54,319 bases of DNA from the NCBI GenBank assembly GCA_002633005.1, contig NMRA01001104.1, forward strand, positions 1 through 54,319, written 5' to 3'. Source of the DNA: Phoronis australis. Taxonomy: Eukaryota; Animalia; Phoronida. A program made the translations under genes and the position numbers. The notes under the pieces are model-generated. The model had not been told where the DNA came from. It was given only the letters and a program-made list of their open reading frames with translations, and did not search any database. The number at the start of each line of letters is the position of its first letter. Position 1 is the first letter of the stretch. Positions 1-12,556 of the stretch are shown here, piece after piece.

Positions 1-674
1 TCGAAGAACTCTGGCATCCTCCATGGAGCTATCACCTGCGTCAGATCAATTGACAATTCAACATGGCACTAAACACGGAGAAACTAAAATGGAGGACAAA
101 TTTAAACTCAAGGGGTTGACGAAAGCGGAGGACTTGAACCTCAAAATCCAAAAAATGATTTTCTGGTAAATATCAAATGACTCTGACAGTTAATGGCTTC
201 CAAAATTGAACAAGCTGCTCTGAGGCAAATCTTGGACTAGGCACGAGATAATTAGCACACAGAGTAATTAGCACAGGGTAATTAGCACTGAGTAATCAGC
301 GAAGAAAACTTAAACATCTATCAGCAGATTAACGTCATATTAGTAGGAAGATTAGTTTATTATGCATGTCATGATTCCTAATAAAGATTTTTGCAGGGTA
401 TTTTTAGTTGGTCAAGATTTAGAATGGTTTGCCTTTCGACTTCAGCCATTCAAGTTCCATCGCGTAAAAAGCAGGAATTCTCCAGATCGGGAAAAAAACT
501 TTGAAAAATCAATTATTTTGCTCAAGGCTGGATATTGTCTAAAGTCAAGAATCACAGTCGGCAACAAATGCCACTCACTTTTGCACACAAAGGGGATGGA
601 TGAAGACCTTGCGTCAGCGACCATTTTCCAGAATTTTGTAAACATCCGAGTCTAATGACTTTCAGATTCAATGA

Positions 675-845
675 GGAGACAGTGTGACTCAATGGTTAGA
701 GCACCGGGTTCCCACGTGGGAGACCTGGGTTCAAATGCTGGCTTCACTGGCTGAGCTTTGAGCTTTGCACAAAGGTTTCCCATTCCTCTGAGCTCGGTCT
801 CACTTGTGAACGTGTGCAAGGGAGTGAATGAGAACCTGGATGCCG
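675..845 (+). mobile_element. tRNA-derived SINE-like element
   Basis: Pol III A-box-like TGACTCAATGGTTAGAGC (685-702) and B-box-like GGTTCAAATGC (728-738), with no clean cloverleaf. The tail TGCAAGGG...AATGAGAACCTGGAT recurs at about 1507-1533. Confidence 0.55.
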
Positions 846-3642
846 GCAACACAAAAGCGATTTATATGGGCTGTGCTCATATTTTTTTTAAAGCTTTCAG
901 ATTCAATGCAAAACCCAGTGTCCCAAAATTAAAAACAAAATATGAAAGGTGAAATCGCCCATGTCCCTATTTTCAGACTCAAGAAAATGTCACTTCAGCT
1001 TGAAAATCCATGTCCCAAATTTCTGCGAGAGTTCTGAACTGGAGAATATTTACTGTAGCTGAAATTGGTGGTAATTACTCGTTTCAATGCTTAATATAAT
1101 ACAACCTAACAACAGTGTTGAAGTCCAGCAGTCTTCAGAAGTAAAGACTTGATCATATTAACAAAAACGAAATATTTTCACTCAATCGTTTTGTTGATTT
1201 TCAAATAGAAAATATTAATTTGTCAATTTTTTTCATATTACTGTAAAAAATCACACCAGTATTGTTTTACTTTTTGCAGCAAGTCATAATCAGCCGACAT
1301 CCCACACCTAACACACAGTTAGGGTACAAGGCGTAACAGCAGAGTTCAAAGCCTATTTGATCGTTCCTCTTCCCCGTGGCTCCATGAGAGATGTACTGGG
1401 CATTGTGGTCTTGAGCCACCTGCACTAAAGCTCTAGAACCAACACAAAGTTAACGTCACACACTGACTAGTACACTCTAGGCTTAGTCTCAGTTAGTGAT
1501 ATTGTATGCAAGGGGCCCAATGAGAACCTGGATATAATGCGACAAGTATCTTCTATTTATTATTTCTATGATCTATTTCGTTTCATCAGTTTTTTCCATG
1601 TTATTCATCACTGATTATTTAAATTTTGTCTAATTTGTAATTTTGTTTTGTTTTCAACTGTCTTTTTATGTTTTTACTGAGGGCCCCCATGGAAAGCAGT
1701 GTGAACTGATGGGGCTTCCCTCATAGTAAACATTACATTAATAATAAATGTGAAAGCGATTTCTGAGATGCAAAGTTACAAAGTTAGCTGGATATTTTTC
1801 TAGGGTCCGACATAACCTTAAAAGGGCATGTTTCAGATATGGGCCTCTTTCATGCGGTTGGATAATGGTTTATAATTTGTGTGTTTAAGTATTAGTGTCA
1901 TACAATGGATATGCCATTAACTAATAAGAACATGAATCAGAGTTTCACTTGTTGGGAGAAAGACAAGTGTTACATATGATAACATTCATTAAATAATTAT
2001 TAGACACTGTACAACCCAATCTAAATATATGCTATTCAATTCTCCCTAACCCACAACCTGCCAAGAGACAACCATGGTTTTTACATTAATTTTCTTACAT
2101 AACCTACATGAAGGTAACAGTGGGTTATTGATCACCCAGATTTTTTAAACACACTAGCAAAATTCAATAAAGATCCTAAAAAGCATTTAGGAGATACAGC
2201 CATGGGCGCAAAAACAAACAAAACTACCACTATGAGGCGCCACAGTATTCAAAGTCGTTGGTAAATCATTGTCAACAGCCCTCTTCACAGTAACATCATA
2301 CAGATGTATATGACAATTTTCAAAATCATCCCTAGCCTAGAGCGTATTGGTTGATAGAAGGGCAGACGCCAAACACAGATTCGAAAATAGGAAAAATGGC
2401 CACTGGGTGGCACAAAGTACCGCGAATCTGTCGAAAACGGGAGGACGGCATCATCTCACTAACAGATGCTTTAGGAGATACAGCTATGGACGCCAGACGC
2501 CCAGACAGAGATGACGGCAATATGCGACCACATATAAATATGTGGACACATAACAAACAAGTGTGTTGCACAACAGTTAAGGGTACCTTCTACGTGCCCT
2601 CCCATGTATGTGCACATTAAGGCTGACATGCCTTTATTCTAAACAATGCCTCTTTAATTTTGTTTATTCCAGTGTGCAATATTAATAAAATATATTTGAA
2701 GTGCAATTCCATTTGAGAAGGAGGTACAATATGAGAACATTTTGATCAATTGTGAAACAAGTATTCATCCTAGCGAATTAATTGATAGTACATCAATTGC
2801 CAGGTCTCATGGTAGCTTTCAATGCATGGATTAACTTTTGATTGATCTTTTTGTCTGACTGAGAAAATTGCTTCTAAAGAGGTTTGACGGACGCACACAC
2901 AGAACTTGAATTAAAAAAAAAGATTTTTGACATTTCTGTGAACTTTAAAAAAGTTACTTTAGTTTTATATGATCATTTAGTGAAATGTTTGTGAAGTACA
3001 ATACATTATGATATCTTCAAAGAAATTTTTACCAGACAACTCAATGTAAGTTGAGTGAGTGTGAGGGCTGTACGTACACTCTGAATTTCTAGTTAAACTC
3101 TGTGTTTCTTGTGGCTCGTCTTTTGCCAGTGATTAAAAATTACATTAATATGGAGTGAAACTTATATTAATTAATCAAAATACACCTTTTGGATGAAATC
3201 ATCACTTCAGTTAAGCCTATGGACATATACACTAAGATGTAAAATTTTTCAACACATTTGATCAAATACGTAAAAACAACCCCCTCAAATCCTCACTTCT
3301 CTTGAAAGTTGGTAAACAATGTGGAATCCGATGAGAATAAGTGCGATCATTGATAACTGTTAGCACTTAGGAAAACTGTTTTTGAGTTAAGTAGGAATAC
3401 AAATGTGAAACTAGCCAGTAAGTGAATGTCGCTGTCCAGAGTGTGGAGCAGAGTTTAAAACATTACTAATCACCAGTTAAAAATGCATTTTGAGTATTTG
3501 TATTTTTGAATTAGGACTCATCCTAAGCTTGAGCACAGGTTGCGTGGGCGTGTCGCTGGTCTTTCTGATGTATATATATATATGTACGTACGTACGTACT
3601 TACGTATGTATGTATGTATGTATATTAGATACATGAATGTGT

Positions 3643-3712
3643 GTGTTCGCGTGCGCACTTTCGTGTGTGTGTGTGTGTGTGTGTGTACGTGCGTGTGCTT
3701 GGTCGTGTGCAT
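3643..3712. repeat. (TG)n microsatellite with degenerate flanks
   Basis: Direct reading of the sequence. Confidence 0.9.
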
Positions 3713-4250
3713 GAGCGTGTGAGTAAAGCTCGATATGGGGCGAGCGAGCGTGTAATTAATGTAATTATTACAGGCGTCCCGCAGTTCGAGCGCCAGTTTT
3801 GTCTACTAAATAGCAGCCATCCAATCGCTTCTCAAAATCTACATGTAGGATTTCTGTAATCGACTATTGCTTACATTTCCATGGTTGGTCACCTTTCTCG
3901 CTACGGTTTCGCGAGAGGAATAAGAAAGAGTAGTGTATATACAAAAGTAATGAGTGCCTCAGTGTGCAATTTCTGAACTAAGATTTCAAAAATGCGAAGT
4001 TTATCATAAGACTTCAAAGGTGTTAGAATGTTTCGGGAACAAAAGTATATATTTCCACTTAATCGAATGCATTTATAAAAGCCAAGCCATGACTTGACGA
4101 CGGAATCGCAGATCAAAGTTACTGATTCACCCACTTGGTGCAGAGAAAATATACTTGTTCCCATAATTTTACTTGTGACACGATGTTTAAATGGCTACAG
4201 ATAAGGGTAATCCATACAATTGTGGCAACAAATGAATTTCTTGTCAAAAC

Positions 4251-4364
4251 TGGTGTCAAGCGTCTCAGTTCTCTGTAAATTGGTGTCAAGCGACTCAGTT
4301 CTCTGTAAATTGGTGTCAAGCGACTCAGTTCTCTGTAAATTGGTGTCAAGCGACTCAGTTCTCT
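4251..4364. repeat. 30-bp minisatellite, about 3.8 copies
   Basis: Unit TGGTGTCAAGCGACTCAGTTCTCTGTAAAT in tandem. Confidence 0.95.
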
Positions 4365-4814
4365 AAACATTTTCTAAAAAAGACCCGGAAAATATGACAC
4401 ATCTCTACTAGTGTATCCAGAACAATGAGTTCTTGTCTGCAATCACTCATTTGTTATTTGACAAAATACAATCTTTTGGCTCTCGTCTTAGAGACGGATT
4501 TTTCACTATACACAACTGAGATACAATTCACTAACGCGTATTTCTTGGAAAATAACACATCTACAGCCAACCAATCAGAATGCTTCTACCTCAATACAAA
4601 CGATTAAGAAGAAGGGACTTAAGCACAAGCAAATGGACAAATATCTGTATTTCAGAAACTGTGAACCTGAAGAATTTAACAGTATGGTCCTCTGAGTCTG
4701 TTTTGTTTTATGGAGTACTCATGGGTTCTAATTCAGTGGGCACTTCTGGAAATACGTGCGAGAGTAAGTGTGATGTCTGAGCGTGTTTATGTGTACGTGC
4801 GCGTGGTGTGTGCT

Positions 4815-4817
<3 letters not shown>

Positions 4818-4858
<41 letters not shown>
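4818..4858. repeat. (TG)n microsatellite
   Basis: Direct reading of the sequence. Confidence 0.95.
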
Positions 4859-4860
<2 letters not shown>

Positions 4861-7800
4861 CCATCATTATGTGTTGTGCATTGCTTTTGGGTTTTGAATA
4901 AAATAAAACAAAACTAGTACCATTGGCAGACATTTGTCATCGGAGGAGAACCGACAAACACGAATTAATTAAGAAAAATTAAGAACGACATTTGTTATAT
5001 TGGCAGTGTTTTGACATCTAGGCCTACATCTTGAGGAGTGCACCCATTCAACCTAAGTAAAGGTTTACTTCAAGTACATGTAGGTGTGATTACGCTCTTG
5101 AATCACTAGCTTTCTTTTAGGGAAATATTTAGAAAGTCGCATGGGCCTTGCTGCTTCAGAAATGCTATAGACATCTACTAGTATTAATGGAAGGAGTTTG
5201 TAAGGTGTTTGTAAATGCTTAGATTGCCAATAAAACACTAATGTTTTTGGTCCTTTTATTCATTGAAAGTTCTATCGTCTCAAAAGGCTTCAAGGAATGA
5301 TATTGTGGGAACAGTCCCTGTCACAATTTCTAAAGGACCAGATATAGTAGTTGGGTGGGGGGGGGGGGGGGNNNNNNTTCTACCCATAAATGTGATTGTG
5401 CTTGCGTTTTATCCATTGTAGCAACGGTAAGTAAATGACATCCTAAACGTGTTTCCTCAGTGCGTCGGTAGGTGACTGTAAAAGCTGCTTTCGTTTTTAT
5501 CTCTAACTTTGACGGCGGACAGCATTAACAACTAACCGAATTTTTTAAAGTTACACTGAGCCCAGTCCTTCCTTTAGTAGGGATATGCACCCTCTTAATG
5601 TGACCCGCAGTTTTTTGTTCATTTTAGAAATGATTTCTACACTTTTAGAAGAACTGACAGTTCGCACCATGTGTTATCACAGCGTGTTAGTTTCAGCCGC
5701 CCAGGTACCTTAACCATAAAGGCGTTCTTGCAATCAATTCAGCTAAAGCGCAATAATACAAGGATGTTGACGTGGAAGAGGAATTTTTCTTGCGAAGGAA
5801 ATCGCTTTTTACGTCAGCAGAACATTGAGTTTTCAATATATAAAACCTTACTAGTTTTAGTGTTTCCTACGCATCGTTTGTAGTCGATGAATAGTACATG
5901 TATATTACCCTCCCTTGGATAAACAGGAACAGTGAGGCATTTGGCGAGAGGCTTTTGTCAGCAAATAAGCATTCGATTTGGCAAACCGTCATGGTTAAAC
6001 AACAGATTTATAACGAGGGTTTAGGAAAGATGCATGGAAAAGTCACACAGAATTTTATGACAGAAACTCACATGTCACAAGCAATCTTCCGACAACTAAG
6101 AACGAACAATTTGCAGTCGACTTTCGATTCCTAACCTGGCTTGAATTTTGTAAACGTAAGAGAAAGCCAAATGACCAACGTGCTTTACTTATAACTGATG
6201 ACGATATATATCGCGAAACTTAAGTGATTCTGCTTTTCCGCGCGTGCATTGCGCCTACAGAGGCGGGCGACTGCTGCTTCGATATTCGGATAGTCGTAAA
6301 CATTGTCTGCATGCAGCAACATCGTATCACGGTTTTTGTGCTACAGCAATTCAATTTGTCAAGCAGCCCAGAAATTGAACTAGCCCTCGTCTCTCCTAAT
6401 GTGAAACGCAACATTTTCTACTGAATCGCCATAATGATGGCCATTTCACGTGATGAGACGTGGCACCCATGAGTAGGTCGCGGTTTGATGTAAATGAACA
6501 TGTACACACTGTAGATAGTACGAGCTAAGCTGGTAATGAAAGTGACGAACCGTGACATTAGTAGTACATGTACCTGCTACAGAATACCCGCTTTGTAGCA
6601 TCATGCTATGATCTTTAAACTAATGTTACGTGACGACAGGTCTAATATGATAATGATAAGGTAATTGTTGAGTACGAAAGAAGTCGTTGTCAGGTGGTCG
6701 TGGTAGACTGCTTTCTGAAGATGGACGCATAAAATAGATTCTAAAAATGTCTTTATACTAAAATAATCTTATTTCAGTTGCCAACGAAGCACATCCAGAA
6801 CGTTTACATATTAAAAACTTGCCCTGAGAAATCAAATTGCGAGCTTGCCACACTCCTTCCAAAATGTGACCTCACAACCTTCTCTCAGTTCCGAACGAAT
6901 GTCCACACTAATATTATCAAGACAAGGACTTTTAAGTACATATTTGTTAGGCTTAATTAGAATGTTCCTTGGTTTTACAGAAAATGTGAACTCGAACTCA
7001 CGCTATCGGAATTTTCACACTCGAACCTGGATACACCGTTGATGTATAGATGGCGCTTTGATCAATTAGAATCTCAAAGAGCTCATTTGTCTCAAGTATG
7101 CCGCGCTCGCGCTTCAGCAGCAGACGCTCTCAGGCGAGTCACGTTATCAAATTATTAGATTTATATAAATCTTGAGATCTTTTGTTCACCATACAAACAA
7201 GACAGAATGATCCCGACATTTCAAATACGTTATTATTTCTCAAGGTAATGATTGTTTAAGAAATAATAGACGGCTTACACGGAGCAGTGCCCGGTTGCAT
7301 CAAACAGTCCCAGATAGGGACTCAACCAAGTTCTCTCAATCTACTGCGTATTTTTGGACTGGTGAAAAAATCGGTTTCCCTTTTTTGTTTTTTTTTAGTT
7401 TCATGTCTAAGTCAACTTTTCAGTTTGATACAGAGTGAACACTTCGTTGAATTGTCACTATTATCGAAAATAATTAGGGGTCTTTTCATACATGTAGCTC
7501 CGCTCCTTCATTGCAAAAACATCATCCAAGAACTCTCAATGTCAGAAGAGTTGATCCAATTTCATCTCTTCACAGTTTATAATTTGCAATATTGCCGCGA
7601 GCTCAACGAGTCCAAATTTATGTATATATTATTTACGTGCCTATTGAAGTATTATTCATTTCATAGGTATATGGATGTGTAATGGCGCCTTCACTAACTC
7701 CGCAAAAGTTTGATTGAAAGCCCAGACAGTTCTGGCGACAATTCCCCATAGAAGTGCGCCCCCCCTTTCCCATGTCGTGCTTGAATGAGAGCCTTGAGAC

Positions 7801-8112
7801 AGCTATTCTAATAACTTGCCCCAACATGTTTATTACATACTACAAAATAATAACTACCATAACAATAAATTTTATAAACTTAACACAAAAACGTTAACAA
7901 AAGGACATTTTTAACAGGATGTTCTATCGAAACAGGAACCCCGGTGTAAAAGAGATATCCCGGAGTCGAAAACAGACTTCCGCAACTCAAAACAGCTGAA
8001 CACCCTGATTAACTAATTGCCACATGTCACGAGTGTACGATTGGTAACAAAAATCTGCCAAAAGGATATATAACGCAAGCATATCTTGACTTTTCGGTTT
8101 CAGAGCTGAAAC

Positions 8113-8510
8113 ACTACCCACGCTGTGACACGTGACCTACTGGGCCTGATTTGAACCGATAACAGTTGTTCTCAAGTTCGGATATCCTGTTTTAACTCAG
8201 TAACGGACAAGCTATATTTATAACAATTATTGACCTAAAACAATGTTGTTTTGCTTAGAACGAGCTTAACGCCTCACTTAAGAATACTTGAATATTGTTA
8301 ACGATTTTGCCATGCAATCAGTTTTTGGGGTGAGTGTAATCAACGCTGGGTATTGGAAAGCAGCGTCAACAGAATGCTTCTTGATGTCATTTAGTCTATG
8401 GGACTGAGTCTGGGATTAAAAAAGGTTAGCATGTTTTTGCAGAAAACCAGAGAAGGCCACTGAAATGACATTACTAAAATTTCCGGCTGAGGATACGTTC
8501 AGAATTTATC
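8113..8510 (+). repeat. ~398-bp direct repeat, copy 1 (left flank of Gypsy fragment)
   Basis: ACTACCCACGCTGTGAC...CAGAATTTATC matches 12160-12556 with about 13 substitutions and 2 small indels by eye. Confidence 0.95.
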
Positions 8511-11500
8511 TACATCTCTGACTCTACAGATAAATTCTTCCTGAGTAGACAGGCCTGCCTAGGGTTAGGTATAATTAGCGCTGAATTTCCAACCATCGGC
8601 GAGTGCCTCTCGACTAAAAACGACGGCGAGGACACGCCTTGCAAGTGCCCACCTCGGGTTAAACCCCCTCCTCGTCCTACGACACTTCCGTTTCCCGCTA
8701 CTGTCGACAATCGGGAACGCCTACAACAGTGGCTTTTGGACCATTATGCGTCCTCCACCTTCAACACATGCGAACATACCGCACTCCCGATGATGGACAG
8801 CCCCCCTCTCCGCCTCATGATCAATCTGGACAACGATCCGACACCCCACCACACACCCATCCCCGTCCCCATTCATTGACAGGACGAAGTCAAAGCCGGC
8901 TTGGATCGGGATGTCAGCCTGGGTGTTATCGAACCTGTGTCCATCGGAGCTCCAGTGACGTACTGTGACCGTATGGTGATATGCGCGAAGAAGTCTGGGA
9001 AACCTCGTCGCACCGTCGACATGCAAAGCCTAAACGCGCTCGCTACAAGGGAGACCCACCACACGCCATCGCCCTTCCACCTGGCGAGATCTGTCCCCTG
9101 TAATACAAAGAAATCCGTGTGTGACGCGTGGAACGGATATCACAGCATTCCGCTGCACGAGGACGACCGACATCTCACCACGTTCATCACGCCATGGGGA
9201 CGCTACCGATATCGTGTCTGCCCCCAGGGTTATGTTGCTTCCGGTGACGCGTACACACGTCGCTTCGACGACATTATAGCCAACATCTCTAACAAAGTGA
9301 AATGCGTCGATGACACGCTTTTATGGTCGGACACCATTGAAAACTGTTTTCACCAGATGACACTGTTCCTAGACACTTGTGGCAACAACGGAATCACTCT
9401 GAATCCAGACAAGTTCGTTTTCGCCAGCGACTGCGTGGAATTTGCGGGGTTCGACATCACCGCCACCAGAGTACGACCGAGTCAGAAATATTTACGGGCA
9501 ATCCGCGAGTTCCCAACCCCTCAGTCGACTACCGATGTCCGCTCATGGTTCGGCTTAGTGAACCAAGTCTCCTACGCATTTTCTATGGCGACTGCCATGG
9601 CGCCGTTCCGGGAACTCCTGAAGCCGAGACAAAGCTTCTACTGGGACGACACCTTAGATGCACTTTTCCGGGCGTCCAAGTCCAAAATCATCGACGAGAT
9701 TTGCCATGGCGTTCAGATATTCGATAAGACGAAGCCAACATGCATCGTCACCGACTGGTCGAAATAGGGCCTCGGGTTTTGGCTCCTGCAGAAACACTGC
9801 AATTGCGCAACAGCAACCCCAAAGAAACTATTCTGCTGTCCTGACGGATGGAAGATGGCCCTTGTAGGTAGCCGATTTACCCACCCCGCTGAATCGCGTC
9901 ACGCCCCGGTTGAAGGCTAGGCCCTCGCTGTTGCGGATGCCCTCGACCGAGCACGATACTTCGTACTTGGATGTGCCAACCTCATTGTCGCTGTCGACCA
10001 CAAACCACTTCTGGGCATATTTGGCCCGAAACCCCTAGACGAAATCAGCAACCCCCGCCTCCGCAACCTCAAGGAAAAGACGCTGCGTTACAAATTCCAA
10101 CTCGTCCACATACCTGGAGCTAAGAACAAGGCCTCTGACTGCATGTCGCGCTTCCCAACCGGACCACGTTCCCCGGACAAATACCCTCTCGAAGACGACA
10201 TTGGTGCCGTCGTCCCTGGGTCCACTGCCGTCTGCGCACCTCTACAGATTCTGCGGCAACGATCCCCACCCCCGCTCTCAAGCCTCGACGACCACTTGGA
10301 GCGTGTCGCCTCCGCCTCCTTGGAAAACTTACCCTCTATCACCTGGGACAAAGTCCGCGTGGCCAAAACTAGCGACCGGACTTGTCACGTCTAGTAGCCA
10401 TGCTCGAGAATGGCGCCCTGACGGACTTATACCCCGACTGGCCCGAGGGGCTGCGCGAATACCACCCATTCCGGCACCATCTCTACTCCATCAATGGCGT
10501 CCTGATGTACAAAGACAGAGTAATAATCCCACGGCCACTACGGGAAAACTGTCTACAAGCCCTCCACTCCGCCCACCAAGGAGTCTCGAAGATGACGGCC
10601 CGTGCCGAGACCTCAATATTTTGGCCTGGTATCACGAGCGCCATCACGCACACACGGGCCCGCTGTGAACACTGCAACCGCATTTCCCCGTCCCAACCTA
10701 GCGCAACACCTGCTCCCCGATTTGACCCGACTTATCCGTTTCAATGCATCTGTGCGGACTATTTCCACCACAAGGGCGTAAACTAACTGGTCATCGTAGA
10801 CCGATACTCCAGTTGGCCCATTGTGGAACACGCTGCTGATGGGGCAAGCGGTCTAATCTCCTGCCTCCGTCAGGTTTTTGCCACCTACGGCATTGCAGAT
10901 GAGCTCTCATCCGACGACGGTCCGGAATTTACTGCCTTCGCCACTCGTCAATTCCTTCAACAGTGGGGCGTACATCATCGTCTCTCCTCTGTGGCACACC
11001 CACACAGCAACTGCCGAGCTGAGATAGGGGTCAAGACTGTGCGACGCCTCATCTCGGACAGCACAGGCACTAATGGCACCCTGGACACAAATGCCTTTCA
11101 ACGCGCGATACTCCAATATCGCAACGCACCGGACCCAACGACCAAGCTCTCGCCAGCTCAGTGTGTGTTTGGCCGCCCAACCAGAGACTTCATACCTGTA
11201 CGACCTGGCCGCTACCTTCCCCACCCTACTTGGCGCTCTACCCTGGCAACTAGAGAGGACGCCCTTCGCAACCGCCATATGCTCGACGCGGAACGCTGGT
11301 CGGAACACACCCGACGTCTTCCTCCACTCAGAGTGGGTGACACCGTGCGCCTCCAGAACCAGGTTGGCAACCATCCGACCAAATGGGACAAGACCGGCAC
11401 CGTCATTGAAGTCCGTCAGTTCGACCAATACCTAGTCCGCGTTGACGGTTCTGGTCGTGTCACCCTACGGAACAGGAAATTCCTGCGACGGTTCGTACCG

Positions 11501-11812
11501 GTCCACCCCCCACCACGCCGTCGCACCTTGCTCAAGGACTTGGCTTGCGCTCCATCGCCACTGGCCTCCACGCCCCACCCTGTTCCAGGACCGACGCCTT
11601 CGTCACCCACCCTAGTTGCCGACGGCGCACGGCATTTGGATCCCCCTGCGACGTCGTCTCCGCCGACGCCGGATCCTCCACTCCAACTTCCTCCGCCGGC
11701 AGCAGCCCCGAAGTCGCCGGCGGCACCGGCTCCGACGGACTACACGCCGCCGCCACGACGTTCCCTACGCGAGAAGAAACGACCTGCGTGGCTCGGAGAT
11801 TTCGTGCCGTAG
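8511..11812 (+). pseudogene. pol: Gypsy pol pseudogene (probable end of protease region, RT, RNase H, integrase)
   Basis: RT motifs DAWNGYHSIPL, TTFITPWGRYRY, PQG, CVDD; RNase H TDWS and DHKPL; IN zinc finger LHSAHQG...CEHC; catalytic core ADYF, SSDDGPEF, SNCRAE. In-frame stops near 8877, 9765, 9918 and 10784, and a frameshift near 10380. Confidence 0.93.
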
Positions 11813-11885
11813 TCTCCTGCCCGTTGTTTCATTATATCAGTCCTATCGTAGCTGTCTCTGTTGTTTCCAACTCCGGCTAGGACTT

Positions 11886-12159
11886 GGGGGGAAATAGAGA
11901 ATTATGACATATAGATGGCGCTTGCTATTCGCCCTAGCCGCCATGTTTCTTTTGTCTCTAAGTCCATTGTTTAATTAGCGGTAAGATTCCCTCATTTATT
12001 ATAGCCTTAGCACATCTCTAGCGTTGTTAACCTATTGTAATCACACGTCACTTGTTAGCGACCTAGTTTTTACCCCCTGTCTCTGTTCTTTCAGGTTACG
12101 ATCATTCGTAGTTTGCTGTAACCAATAAACAGTGAAGAAATACTTGCGAGTTATTTTTT
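11886..12159 (+). repeat. Polypurine tract and probable 3' LTR
   Basis: GGGGGGAAA about 75 bp after the pol stop, then an AT-rich ~265-bp segment with AATAAA at 12124-12129. Canonical TG...CA ends are not seen. Confidence 0.6.
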
Positions 12160-12556
12160 ACTACCCACGCTGTGACACGTGACCTACTGAGCCTGATTTG
12201 AAACGATAACAGTTGTTCTCAAGTTCGGATATCTTGTTTTAACTCAGTAACGGACAAGCTATATTTAGAACAGTTATTGATCTAAAACAATGTTGTTTTG
12301 CTTAGAACGAGCTTAACGCCTCACTATAAGAATACTTGAATGTTGTTAACGATTGCCATGCAATCTGTTTTTGGGGTCAGTGTAATCAACGCTGGGTATT
12401 GGAAAGCAGCGTCAACAGAAAGCTTCTTGATGTCATTTAGTCTATGGGACTGAGTCTGTGATTAAAAAAGGTTAGCATGTTAATGCAGAAAACCAGAGAA
12501 GGCCACTGAAATGACATTACTAAAATTTCCGGCTGAGGATACGTTCAGAATTTATC
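12160..12556 (+). repeat. ~398-bp direct repeat, copy 2 (right flank of Gypsy fragment)
   Basis: Matches 8113-8510. Confidence 0.95.

Larger units (their letters stand above)
8511..12159 (+). mobile_element. 5'-truncated, decayed Ty3/Gypsy LTR retrotransposon
   Basis: GC-rich block with pol domains in the order RT-RNaseH-IN, then a polypurine tract and an LTR-like 3' segment. No gag or 5' LTR is present. Confidence 0.92.

Noticed and set aside
675-750. Functional tRNA gene
   Set aside because: A and B boxes are present but the acceptor and T stems do not pair well, and it continues into a repeated tail, so a SINE fits better.
1670-1750. Possible LINE 3' UTR stem-loop and A-rich tail
   Set aside because: Suggestive only; no adjacent RT sequence to support a call.
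9377-11897. Overlapping alternative-frame and antisense ORFs within pol
   Set aside because: Expected by-products of GC-rich coding sequence.
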